Shown piece after piece: positions 1-12,949 of a DNA stretch of 64,000 nucleotides. Position numbers and translations under genes: made by a program. The stretch covers positions 54,250,001 through 54,314,000 of the forward strand of contig OZ076409.1 of assembly GCA_964187785.1 (NCBI GenBank), given 5' to 3'. Origin of the DNA: Amphiscolops sp. MND2022 (Eukaryota). The number at the start of each line of letters is the position of its first letter. Position 1 is the stretch's first letter. The notes under the pieces are model-generated. The model did not search any database and was not told the DNA's origin. It was given only the letters and a program-made list of their open reading frames with translations.

Positions 1-3000
1 ATGAAAACTTTTTTTCCAACTGTGAAATGTCATGTGGGGTGCTGGGAAGTCGTACATCACTGTGGCAAATTGTCATTCAAATATCTACTCTCACATCTGT
101 TTCCTTCATTACGTTCATTCAATGCCAATTCCTCAACACATTTAGCAGGAATTCGAGACGATTGTTTTAACAGTGTAAAAATGTTTTCCGATGATCCCAA
201 TTGCCCAGCAACTCAACTGTCAGTGTTTGTTGACTATGGAGGCCTTTTTTCAGCACCTTTCGATTTCATAAAGGAAAAATTGCTGATCAGTACGTTCAAT
301 TTCATGAATCACCATTTACTTGTAATGCATTGAATTCTGAAAGCAGTTTTGCTCCGACTGTAATAAAAAATAGAACAACAAAGCCGTTTAGAGAAAACTT
401 TTCACAATGCAGATACAAAATGTATCAATTGGATGCTTCTTTCAAAGGTACTTCCACATAGAGTGGAAGTATCAAGTTCGATAGAATAGAGAAGAACTCA
501 CAACACAATGAGCTGCTCTATTTGAAATACCGAGCTGATACTTTACGAGTTGTGCAACAGTTACAGGCAGATGGTGATATCAGTTCTGATTTCTCTGAGA
601 AGTGACAGGAAATGGTGACCACTTTCGATGTCAATGTGCAGAAAGAGTTTGCTAATGCAAATTTTGTTCCTCTGGAAACAGCTACTTTCATGAAAAAGTT
701 TTGAATCATCTTCCACCCAATTTTACGAGTGCTCACTCAAACACTGCTGTTTCAAACGAAGAAATTGGTAATGATATTACTGATCGAGCAGCTTTAACAT
801 CGCAAACTGATGTTTCTATTGATCAAACAAACGCTGATGAAAATGGAATCCAATGTTACAAACGCGTTTGCATGAGTAAGCTGGGATTTCCTTGCGTCAA
901 GGCGATGAACAAGTCATTGGGTGCCACCCCGACTGTGTTTCAAGTAGAGTCGAAGGACTGTGTGACATTGCTTATCATATCGTCAAACTCCGTTGTGTTT
1001 ATGGATAAGCTTCTAGAGCTGCACATATTGAAACTAGATTTTCTCATTTACACATTGTTGTCTTGTTTCGCAAGAAATAAGGGCAAAAAAATTAGAAATG
1101 CAGTCAAAGCTCATATTTCTGCTCTGAATTCTTATCTTGATGACCACAACCTGTTTTCACTGCTGCAAACTCTCAATTTGGTTACGTGTACGCAAATTCA
1201 TACCCCTCAATGCCTGTAGACAACTGTGAAAACCCAATTATTTTCTTTGAATCAACCTGTCAAAGAACTCGGGGTCTTGTTCCTATCGAAGACTTGTTAT
1301 GTCACAATGGAGTTGCGTATAAACTGTGCCTTGTCGTTGGCCAAAACACTTCAACCTTCTTTCGATATAAGCATTGTGACAAATGGTGGCTTTTGAAACT
1401 TGATAGATTCCATCCCACTGACAAAAAAGATATATTACAACTCTTGCCACGCTATCAGTGGAAGCAGTAAATTTATGAACAGATTATTACTGACTTGCAT
1501 GAAAAGGAAACAAAGGTTGCGCTGGAGAATCTTTATGGACAAACACGGTTCAGCTGTGGGATTCATGCATCCTACTTAAAGTGCGACTTCCCCAATACTA
1601 AATACGTGTGTCAGATGAATCAAAAATGTCGAAACGTTTCTGCGTGGCGATGTCCACAAACTGATTGTAACACAGCTGTTTGTCGGAAACATTTCAATCA
1701 ACAGTCCGGAGATTTTTCACTGTCACCAGTATCGGGGAAACAAAACAGAATTGACGTCTAGTGCAATCCCAAAAGAAGGTAATTATTCTGAATCATGTGA
1801 GATTAAATGTGGACAAGATCCAACAGAGCACGAAGGCTTAGACATTCACGAAGAGGATTTGCCGATAGGATTTTTGGAAGGACCAACAGATGCAGGGATT
1901 TTTAATTCAGATTACCAAGATGAAGTAACTGACGCTGGCGTTACACCAATTCAATACTCCGAAGACAATGACTTGAGGAGATTGGAAGTAACGTCATTCT
2001 GAATGCTGTTTGTAATATTGTTTCCAACAGGTCCAAATATCCTCTACGTTTCATAAAAAAAGATTGGCGATTCCTCCAGAACTTTGTTTCGAAGTGTTCA
2101 TCTCGATCAGTCGTGTTGCAGTATCATGAAGCATTGATATTTCCCTCTCTATTTTATGCTAACGTAGATGAAGTTTATTATGGAGCACTACGATCGTCTT
2201 TGATTGGACCAAAAGAAGTTACAATCATGTTTCAGTTTGCTGAGGCTTTACAACACATACGAACCAAGTTGATGAAATTGTCATTGCCCACTTAATGCGA
2301 ACTTCGTTTAATACCCTTCTCCTTTGATAAGTTTTTAAATTTGAAGTCTCGTAAATTAGACTCCAGGTTCATTGTCAGCAGACGACTGCCTGATGTTTCC
2401 ACTGGAAATGCACAATTTGTCCTGGAACCACGGTTAAAAATGGAAGATAGTCGACGAGTGGTCAACGAATTAGCGGGAGCTTTTCGAGATAAAGATGGCA
2501 CTTTTCTGCTAACAATTACATTAAAGTCTCAAGAAATGTTTGGCGTGGCACCATTGACTATTTTGATTGAGCGAATCACCCAGGAATGCACAGATGACGG
2601 GAGAAAAAGAAAAGAAGGGTTAATGCCTCTGTTCATGATGTTATGGGAAAGAGCTTACACATATTTCAACGAATATTTGATAAAGTCGCCAGAGAAACCT
2701 CTTGGAACAATTATCAGAATATCTCCACGCTTCGAGTTTTAGACGAGTCGACTAACGCGCCTCATATGCATATCGTCATTTGGACACTGGAGGATAAATA
2801 TGACCCAATCATACTGAACAAAGTTGTTGGTAGCTACAGGCAATTGCTGTTCGAGCTAAATAAAATGTATCATTCGCAATCATCATTCATAGAATCAGAA
2901 AAAGAGCAGGACGAACTGTTGATGCTTACTACAGATGCGAACGAGCATACAGATGTTACAAAAATTCAATGATTTGGGAGAATCAATTCGTCGTTTCAAA

Positions 3001-6000
3001 ATCTACAACCGAGTGAAGAAACATTTTTTGAAGATATATTTCGACCACACTGTGAAGAAGCATTGAAACTTAGAAAATGCTGTCCTAGCTCGAAAGAATG
3101 ATCAAATGATTTACAAGTGCAGCGAACAACTCAGAGCCGGGCGAATTAACTATGCCGCTGATTATGGTGAAAAACTTTCTGCTGTTCCCTGTATTTTTGC
3201 CTTGCTTAAATCTAGCATGAATTGTCTTGTGTGACAAAATAAAGTCAGCAGCCTATTTGGCCAAATATGCAGCAGGAGTAGAGGAAAGGGCGACGGTGCA
3301 AATATACGGAAAGTCTGAATTGACAGTGGAAGTCAGTGTCAAACGAATGAACAACATTAAAATCAATGGACCCAAATTGGCTGCCTTGAAAGAGTGACAG
3401 GAAAAGTAACTCAAAGAAAAAAATCATTGCTGCTACAGAATGTATTTGGAGTATGCTAGGCCTCAAGTACACATTTCCAAACTACGAAGTTATTCATTTC
3501 AGCACGCTGCCTTTGGAACAACGTGGAGGAATCATTAGAACAGACGACAATTGCTCCAGAAATGGAAATAGAGATGTCGAGACCCGAAGTTTCTTTATCA
3601 AGTTCTGACAAGAAACACTGACACTGATACCCTTCTCCTTCGATAAGTTTTTAAATTTGAAGTCTCGTAAATTAGACTCCAGGTTCATTGTCAGCAGACG
3701 ACTGCCTGATGTTTCCACTGGAAATGCACAATTTGTCCTGGAACCACGGTTAAAAATGGAAGATAGTCGACGAGTGGTCAACGAATTAGCGGGAGCTTTT
3801 CGAGATAAAGATGGCACTTTTCTGCTAACAATTACATTAAAGTCTCAAGAAATGTTTGGCGTGGCACCATTGACTATTTTGATTGAGCGAATCACCCAGG
3901 AATGCACAGATGACGGGAGAAAAAGAAAAGAAGGGTTAATGCCTCTGTTCATGATGTTATGGGAAAGAGCTTACACATATTTCAACGAATATTTGATAAA
4001 GTCGCCAGAGAAACCTCTTGGAACAATTATCAGAATATCTCCACGCTTCGAGTTTTAGACGAGTCGACTAACGCGCCTCATATGCATATCGTCATTTGGA
4101 CACTGGAGGATAAATATGACCCAATCATACTGAACAAAGTTGTTGGTAGCTACAGGCAATTGCTGTTCGAGCTAAATAAAATGTATCATTCGCAATCATC
4201 ATTCATAGAATCAGAAAAAGAGCAGGACGAACTGTTGATGCTTACTACAGATGCGAACGAGCATACAGATGTTACAAAAATTCAATGATTTGGGAGAATC
4301 AATTCGTCGTTTCAAAATCTACAACCGAGTGAAGAAACATTTTTTGAAGATATATTTCGACCACACTGTGAAGAAGCATTGAAACTTAGAAAATGCTGTC
4401 CTAGCTCGAAAGAATGATCAAATGATTTACAAGTGCAGCGAACAACTCAGAGCCGGGCGAATTAACTATGCCGCTGATTATGGTGAAAAACTTTCTGCTG
4501 TTCCCTGTATTTTTGCCTTGCTTAAATCTAGCATGAATTGTCTTGTGTGACAAAATAAAGTCAGCAGCCTATTTGGCCAAATATGCAGCAGGAGTAGAGG
4601 AAAGGGCGACGGTGCAAATATACGGAAAGTCTGAATTGACAGTGGAAGTCAGTGTCAAACGAATGAACAACATTAAAATCAATGGACCCAAATTGGCTGC
4701 CTTGAAAGAGTGACAGGAAAAGTAACTCAAAGAAAAAAATCATTGCTGCTACAGAATGTATTTGGAGTATGCTAGGCCTCAAGTACACATTTCCAAACTA
4801 CGAAGTTATTCATTTCAGCACGCTGCCTTTGGAACAACGTGGAGGAATCATTAGAACAGACGACAATTGCTCCAGAAATGGAAATAGAGATGTCGAGACC
4901 CGAAGTTTCTTTATCAAGTTCTGACAAGAAACACTGACACTGATACCCTTCTCCTTCGATAAGTTTTTAAATTTGAAGTCTCGTAAATTAGACTCCAGGT
5001 TCATTGTCAGCAGACGACTGCCTGATGTTTCCACTGGAAATGCACAATTTGTCCTGGAACCACGGTTAAAAATGGAAGATAGTCGACGAGTGGTCAACGA
5101 ATTAGCGGGAGCTTTTCGAGATAAAGATGGCACTTTTCTGCTAACAATTACATTAAAGTCTCAAGAAATGTTTGGCGTGGCACCATTGACTATTTTGATT
5201 GAGCGAATCACCCAGGAATGCACAGATGACAGGAGAAAAAGAAAAGAAGGGTTAATGCCTCTGTTCATGATGTTATGGGAAAGAGCTTACACATATTTCA
5301 ACGAATATTTGATAAAGTCGCCAGAGAAACCTCTTGGAACAATTATCAGAATATCTCCACGCTTCGAGTTTTAGACGAGTCGACTAACGCGCCTCATATG
5401 CATATCGTCATTTGGACACTGGAGGATAAATATGACCCAATCATACTGAACAAAGTTGTTGGTAGCTACAGGCAATTGCTGTTCGAGCTAAATAAAATGT
5501 ATCATTCGCAATCATCATTCATAGAATCAGAAAAAGAGCAGGACGAACTGTTGATGCTTACTACAGATGCGAACGAGCATACAGATGTTACAAAAATTCA
5601 ATGATTTGGGAGAATCAATTCGTCGTTTCAAAATCTACAACCGAGTGAAGAAACATTTTTTGAAGATATATTTCGACCACACTGTGAAGAAGCATTGAAA
5701 CTTAGAAAATGCTGTCCTAGCTCGAAAGAATGATCAAATGATTTACAAGTGCAGCGAACAACTCAGAGCCGGGCGAATTAACTATGCCGCTGATTATGGT
5801 GAAAAACTTTCTGCTGTTCCCTGTATTTTTGCCTTGCTTAAATCTAGCATGAATTGTCTTGTGTGACAAAATAAAGTCAGCAGCCTATTTGGCCAAATAT
5901 GCAGCAGGAGTGGAGGAAAGGGCGACGGTGCAAATATACGGAAAGTCTGAATTGACAGTGGAAGTCAGTGTCAAACGAATGAACAACATTAAAATCAATG

Positions 6001-6890
6001 GACCCAAATTGGCTGCCTTGAAAGAGTGACAGGAAAAGTAACTCAAAGAAAAAAATCATTGCTGCTACAGAATGTATTTGGAGTATGCTAGGCCTCAAGT
6101 ACACATTTCCAAACTACGAAGTTATTCATTTCAGCACGCTGCCTTTGGAACAACGTGGAGGAATCATTAGAATAGACGACAATTGCTCCAGAAATGGAAA
6201 TAGAGATGTCGAGACCCGAAGTTTCTTTATCAAGTTCTGACAAGAAACACTGACACTGATAGACATTTTACCAGCAATCAAATTCGAAGTGCCATTCAAT
6301 ACTTTGAGACATCGTTTTCGCTTGACAAAGTCACAATGTTTTATTGCCGACCAGCAGAGCTTCTATTTGTCATGAAAATAGAATACTTTAAATACTTCAT
6401 CTTCACAAAAATAACCAAAAAAACAATTGCCTAAAGTCATGAAGAAAAATTTAGCGAAAAGCATTTGGGTTGACGCCTTTGGTAATAAAGTAGAATTGAG
6501 AAAATGCAGTATTGACGACTTCCTGGGTATTTTGGAGAAAAACAATAAATCATCCTTATTCACGGCGACATTTCAATTATGCTTCCTTTTACAACAATCA
6601 GAATGGTTATCAACATTTATTCAACGAAAACTAGACCGACTCTGCTGTTGTGTTTCCGAATATTATGCCGAAAAACCATCAGAAATTTATTATCAATTTG
6701 TTACTGTCCATGGGTTGTTACGAAACGAAATTTGATCTCTACGAAGAGGGCACACTCATTTCAGCTAACAAAAAAGCTGGACTTCTTTCACAATCAAAGT
6801 CTGTATCAAGACAGATAGGTTATAAATCAGCCAAAACAAATCAACGTGTTAAAAAGAACATAATACTTCATTTTATTGATGACTGATAGC
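1..6890 (+). mobile_element. Degenerate Helitron (rolling-circle) element: N-terminal region plus Rep (HUH/Y2) domain, truncated before any recognisable helicase
   Basis: Fragmented + strand frames give Rep motif 1 (GTFLLTITL, ~2497), motif 2 (RFEF/DESTNAPHMHIVIW, PHMH at 2760-2771, 1-nt frameshift just before) and motif 3 (AAYLAKY, 3254-3268), followed by IAATECIWSMLG, which fits the Helitron post-Rep block. There are many stops and frameshifts, and no Walker A/Pif1 motif was seen. The left end lies outside the window and the right end is approximate. Confidence 0.8.
2311..6261 (+). repeat. Tandem triplication, 3 x 1316-bp unit covering Helitron Rep motifs 1-3
   Basis: Identical ORFs recur at 2341/3657/4973 and 2643/3959/5275. 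The junction trinucleotide ATA lies at 2311, 3627, 4943 and 6259. I saw only about 4 substitutions among the copies. Confidence 0.97.
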
Positions 6891-9189
6891 AAGTCATCTG
6901 TTGATGAAAAATCAACTTAAAAACATTTTCGACCCCAAATATAAAATTCTACATGAAATTTCGGAAAATGAGTCATTTCAGCATAAAATTTTTCTGAAAG
7001 TCTCAATATTTTGGCGTAGTAACAAACAAACACAACGACTATAAACTTCAGTTTATTTTTTTCGAAGCTTGGGTATTTCTTTTAGGTTTTACTTTATTAC
7101 TACTGCTCAATCTCATAAGCGCATAAATAGTTGTGGATTTGGAACTCACAAAAACATTTCGAATTCTGTTGATTGTTCATAATTTTAGAAAGTTTCCGTT
7201 GGACTTCATTTGTTGGGAATACGAATACACAAAAATCTTCATATCGGTTGTTCAGACATTGAGGGCAAATTTTGCGGTAGAAATTCATGACACTTCGCAA
7301 AGACAAAAGAATCACAGCTTCGTTTGGACATTTCTCGCGGTCTTCATTTTACTGAATGTTCAATTTATAATACGCAAAAAAATTTTGAAATTATTCATAA
7401 TTTACATCTCTCCAGAGATAATTTCAACGAGTCAGCATTTTCTCTATTTTCAACTTTTCACTCGAAAACGAAATATTTTTTAATACTAAACGTTCAATAG
7501 AGAATTAGCGAAAAATTAGAGATAAATTAGTAAATGTCTTTATTCATATCATGTTTTTTAATCCGAATTGATGAAACAGGTGGATGATTTTGAGTAGACA
7601 ACTCCGTTTGTTCTACAATAAACCAATTAATTTTTCGTAAATGAATATTGGCATTATCCCTACAGAGAAAATAGGTAAACAGAACGTTTTTTCTTCATTA
7701 ATTCAAAAAGATGCCTGTGTTTGAGATTTGTTCCTTCCCATTATGCTCCAGTAATAAATGATAATAGTTCGGGACTGCTTTATCCTCAGTGCATCCACAG
7801 ATAATCATTACTCTTCTCAATTATAAATGTTTACGAGTATCTTCCTTATCCATTATGACTAACATGGCAGAATTATCCTTCATTACTTTTTTCAGATGAA
7901 GACATCAAGTTACACTCCGGTCACCGGAGTTTCTCAAGCTTTCCTGTCGGTTAAGCTTTATACTCAAGACGCAATACATCCAATTACATCCAAAAGAGAC
8001 GTGAAGAACATGTTAGTGAAGAAACTGAATCATAAAAAAAATCAAGAATTTCACTGTGAAGGTGATTCAGTACAAGTATCTTCTAGCTTATGTAAATTTC
8101 CACAGAGCTGAGGTTTGCATTATTTTCTTCTTACTTTTCTCAGTAAAAATTGCATGTTCAAAATATTTCATCTTAACAGCATGCTCAAGAACTTTATGAT
8201 TCACTCGAGGCTGGATTCCTTAGTGACATGAATGTCAAATTTGAAAAATCAAATGCTTAAGTTCGCAACCCAGAGTTTCGAGACAGTATAACTCATCAAG
8301 TTCAGAACAAAGTTCGCAACAGATCAGACCCGATGCATCCGTGGAATGAAAGACGTCCCAAACCAGACGATGCTAACTCATGTTAAAGTGCTTGTTATTG
8401 AAATTAACTTCTGAGAATTGTTGTCATTTGATCCAACAACGTTAACATCGCTCCTCATTCATGTTGGTATTTTGAATTTTTGTTTGTTGCATTAATTATA
8501 AAAAATTGGTTCAACTCAGCGTTTCAATCTGAAGTCCTTAAATTTACAAATACAACCGCTCTACAAAGCATTTCATTGATATTCCAGAACATCCATTTAA
8601 AAAAGTTTGTTCTTTGATAAATGTTGAAAATTATGTCAAGGTTCTTGGACTTCAATGATGTTTTGCTCTCAAATTTCCTTCGGTTAACAGTTTATTGAAA
8701 GGTCTTTGAAAAGTTACAATGGTCTTAGCTGTGCATGATGATTCCCCAGAAGACACGCAACTGCAGCTGTCCCGAGCAAATCGTTATATAGATTTCAATA
8801 TCTAAAATGCATGTGAAATCAATATCTACTACTACATGATTAATCCATACACTTAGGCCAATGGTTGTTCAAGAATCTCGATTACGCAATACCACCGTTT
8901 GCAAACTATTACCTACAGAACTGTAGCAAAAACCATTCAACTTGTTAATTTAGTAACAATTTGAAGTTTGGTTGGACCTTGTGATGGACATATGGACATG
9001 TCATTTGCCATTTCACTTTTTTCCAAAAGAAAATTCTCGTTGTAGAACACAAACGGAGACGTCTTCTCGAATGAATCCAACTATTTAATCATTTCGACCA
9101 TTGAAAATACCATGTAAAGTGCATCACCAGTTTTCCTTTTGAAGGTTTTACATTAAAAATGACATTTCGAGACAAAATGCTGATTTGTT

Positions 9190-9720
9190 GAAATTATCTT
9201 TGGAGACAGCTATATATCTCAAATACAATTCAAAATGATTTTCTTTTCGTTAGCGTAATATAAATTTAACATACAGGGCTTTTTCGACTGCGATAAATCT
9301 CCAAATGAAGCTGTGATTACTTTATTGTCAACTGTCATGAATTTTTACACCAAACTTTGTCCTCAATGTCTGAACACCGGATATGAAGGTTTTTGTCATA
9401 CATAACTGAGGAACCATCTTTATCAATGGAAAACTTGCAGGAATTATTTGAATTCATTTTAAAGCAATATGTGCTTTGAAGCCCCAATGCAGAACTTTGA
9501 CGCAAAACACCAACATTCACATAATTTGATCATTATACGTTCCGCGCCCCGAAGACAAAGATTGGGTCTTAAAAGTTTCATGCGCCCATGGTTTTGTATA
9601 AATTTTTGCCTCACAAATTTATCCAACAATGAAAATTTTAAGTGAAAAAGCTTTGACGGCTTTAGTTGACGCCACAAACTGTCACCATCGCCCACCGTCC
9701 GTAGGCATGCCTTTCGACGA
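9190..9720 (-). pseudogene. Decayed OTU-like cysteine-protease domain
   Basis: The minus strand reads RTVGDGDSLWRQL (~9700), resembling the OTU Cys box GDGNCLFRA with Cys replaced by Ser. LNLYYANEK/ENHFEL (~9230, via a frameshift) resembles the OTU His box. The region between has stops and frameshifts. Confidence 0.4.
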
Positions 9721-10424
9721 CGTATGCCGAATCCATCCAACAGACGCCCGCGCTTCCCTAGATGAATACATCGGCCATTTGCACACAGGGATAGGCCTGT
9801 GAGCAATCAAGTTTCGTGAAATAGTTTTTTCCTGAAAGTGGTTCGTTGCGTCTGTCATGTTGGATATTCGAAAGTTCGTATTACCATAGTCATTTTTCGA
9901 CAGATGGTTGATCCTTCGTAAGTCTATCAAAATGCGCAATTTTCTTTTCGAAGAACGAACAAAGGACTAGAATATTTGGAATGAGGTAAAGTGGTGAATT
10001 AGTCCGAAGTATTGCATAGGTGCAAGCTCAACATGTAGTTCGTCGCGTAAATGTAATGGTGTTGGTGGTCCTTGTATATAGGTTGGTAAAAAATGTTCCG
10101 GTATTGTTTAGTACTATTGTTATACAGTTGTACTATTGGCGCAATAAATAGCCGATGAAAAGATAGCAGTATGGCATTGATTTTTGGAATATGAATGACC
10201 GACCACTCCTAGGAGCCCAAGTGACTACCATTCACGGTTGAAGTCGGAGATGAGCCCTGTACGTTTCATTTACTCAATGACAATCTAAACTGTTTTGAAC
10301 AATCTAAAAATCTTGACTTCTCGTTTAAAAGTATCGGAAATGTGGTTTTCCGTCTTCTGACATTGAATTCACCTACCAATTACCAATATTTAATACTCAG
10401 CAAAGAACTATGCATACTAATACC

Positions 10425-10700
10425 TCCAGGGTGCTCCCATGAAGAAAAAATCGGAAAGCTAAGCTATTCAAAACTATGAGAAAAGATTTTGTAACGGACT
10501 TCCAGAAGATCCTAAAGGTTTTTTATGCCTAATCTGAAAGATCAGTGCTTGAAATATTTCAAGCGGCAACCAATTTCTCATGATCACATGGATTTGCTCA
10601 TGTGGTGAAGTATTGAAACAACGAAAAAACACCGGATGGAGTAATCTCAAGAGTCGTGCAAGCTTGCAACATAGGGATAATTTGAAAGGAAAGAAAACGA
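10425..10700 (+). mobile_element. hAT transposon 5' remnant (BED-like zinc finger)
   Basis: WICSCGEVLKQRKNTGWSNLKSRASLQH at 10589-10672 matches the hAT N-terminal C-x-C...G-x-SNL-x-x-H pattern. A CAGGG start at ~10427 is hAT-like. Homology stops after ~10700. Confidence 0.55.
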
Positions 10701-11048
10701 AGCAGACGAAGATAGAACTATCCCGTGCAAAAGCGTGTTTGGTTTTGCGTCACTTATCACGAATGCAGTCATCGCCGCGCATTACGTTGCAGAATTCGAA
10801 TAGCATCCAGATTGAAATGCTGGCGGGTATTCCACCGTTCTTCTATCTTTCTCTACGCAGATGGCTCATTGACGAAACAGTGAAAAAAAAGTGCCGGACC
10901 TTGATACCGTTGTTGAGTATTTGGCAAACCAGGGCTAATATCATTGCGTATCCTGATTTCCAGAGCGAGGTTAAGGCCGTAAGTTTCGAGAAAGTACCCT
11001 TCACAATATCAAAACTTTGCCTTGAACTGAAAGGACACCAATACTTAC

Positions 11049-11453
11049 AGCAACTGAGAAACCTCTCAATTCCAGTTCATCATCGTCATGAATTTGATAT
11101 AAATTGCACGCAGTTAGAAGACAAGCATAATGGACTGATGTGACGTTTACTTGGTCATCATTTTCCCCTTTGTTCGCATCTTCAGGGTCAAAGCATGACA
11201 AGAAATCTCCGAGGAGCATTTCATCTACGCGATCTGTCCTACAAATAGCACATTTCGCCCCTGGACTAGCTGGAAAGCATTTGACTACATAATGGCCATC
11301 ATCGACTTCCTTAGGACCGGATTGGTTCGTTTTCTTATTACTTTGTGAGGACTGAGATTGAATGACCAATCTATCAACTTTGGAGGTTCGCCTTGAACTT
11401 TTCCGATTCGTTCCTTTCTCTTTCATGATTTGGGTGCTGAACTGGGCATTAGT
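11049..11453 (-). CDS. Internal exon (405 nt, phase 0/0) encoding the N-terminal half of an extended PHD finger (zf-HC5HC2H; PHF6/PHF7/PHF11/G2E3-like)
   Basis: Acceptor ctctttcag|ACT at 11453 and donor GCT|gtaagt at 11049/11048 bracket 135 open codons. The translation KCAIC...LLGDFL...VHYACLLTACNLYQ...LRGFSVA fits the ePHD pre-PHD signature C-x2-C...H-x2-C-L...L-x-Q...GF. Confidence 0.7.
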
Positions 11454-12704
11454 CTGAAAGAGAAGTCACACAGGGCATGAACAATGTCTTTCTGGTCACA
11501 TGTTTAAAGTAGGCCCCTCCGGGTCACACTACTATTTCTGCTTTAATCTTTCATTAATAATAGAATCATATCTGGAATACCAATACACTCCTGTTTTATT
11601 ATTTAGCGCACAATTAAGCACTGTACCAGTTTATACCGCCTTTATATCTGTTGTTTAAAAAAATCTGTGCATGTAAGTATCATCAAGTATTTCTTTCTAG
11701 AATCAATTTCTGACTAGAATCAATTCAGCCTTTTAGTAGTAATAGTAGTAAATCTCGGACTAAAGCAAATATATATTTGAATGCAGGCGAAGCTCTCCGC
11801 GAAAGTATAATTACCATTCATTCGCTTCATCTCAGTAACTCGGCGCAACGAAAGCACAATTACGAACATTCGCTCGCTTCATCTCAATGACGTCAGCATA
11901 TGAACGCATAATTACCACTCGCTCGTTCCCTCGCAGGAGAATTGTCGTCGGCAGCTTAAGAAATTTAATTCTTACGCTTATAGTCACTGCCGAACAAAAT
12001 ATATGAATTATTCAGTATCGTGCCAAGAATTGTACTGAAAAAAGTAGACTTTTAGAGATTTCAATAATATTCCTGCTACAGCAGAAATAATAATGAGGGA
12101 AATGCAGCAAAGTTGCTGATGAACAAAACAAAGCTATGTATACTACTGATGCAAGTTTTAATGAACAATTTAAATCGAACTCATGATAATCATTGAAGCT
12201 ATCATATTCTGAACACACTAATTGGAATGCACATCAAAACCAAAAGAAGCAAAAGTACATGGCTGCCAGTGATTTCAACTCAACCAGTGGTTGAACTCTG
12301 AACTGAAAAACGGGATACGAGTCAAAATGTCGAAAAATTATTTTAAGTCAGAATACCGATATTTTTCGGCATTCCGTTTTCCAAAACCAATATTTTGCAT
12401 ATGCAGTGTATGCACGCTCGGCCTCACCGTCGCAAAGACCAGCTCCCACTGGGATTCCGGACGTTTCGGCAAAAAAATATGCCGAAACGTCTCAGGCTAA
12501 AAACATTTGCCGGAACGTTTCGTATGATATATGGGGCATATCCGGTGTAGGTTACCAGTCACTTGGCTTAATACCATTTGGCTTAATTTTTTGGTCGAGT
12601 CATTTGGCTTAAAAATTTTAAGTCAAGTGACCACAAAATTAAGCCAACTCCATTCCAACTCAAGGAATAGATATGTCAACTCCCGGAGATATCATAATGT
12701 GGTG

Positions 12705-12930
12705 CATATGCGGTGTATGCACGCTCGCCATCACCGTCGCAAAGACCAGCTCCCACTACGATCGCTTCGCGATCTGAGTTTCCGCTAGGTCTTTGCTCCT
12801 GTTCGACCTCGCTTAACAAGATGGGAATAAAGGCAGCCCCAAGGGGCCGCGGGGCACTAGGTGAAATGGGGACATATCCGAGGCACGTTTTATGCTTTGC
12901 ATCATTCCTACATTAATGGTCTTATCGTTT
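12705..12930 (+). repeat. Dispersed GC-rich short interspersed repeat (SINE/MITE-like), copy 2 of 4
   Basis: It starts CATATGCGGTGTATGCACGCTCG. Related copies are at 12397-12443 (+, short), 13281-13457 (-) and ~18768-18910 (+, diverged). Confidence 0.75.
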
Positions 12931-12949
12931 TTCTACAAAATTCCAGAAT

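Noticed and set aside
7896-8111. Exon-like ORF after a polypyrimidine tract and AG
   Set aside because: It is short, has no recognisable domain and no partner exon was found.
10580-11143. 187-aa + strand ORF as a single protein
   Set aside because: Only the first ~35 aa are hAT BED-like. The rest is antisense to the ePHD exon/intron region.
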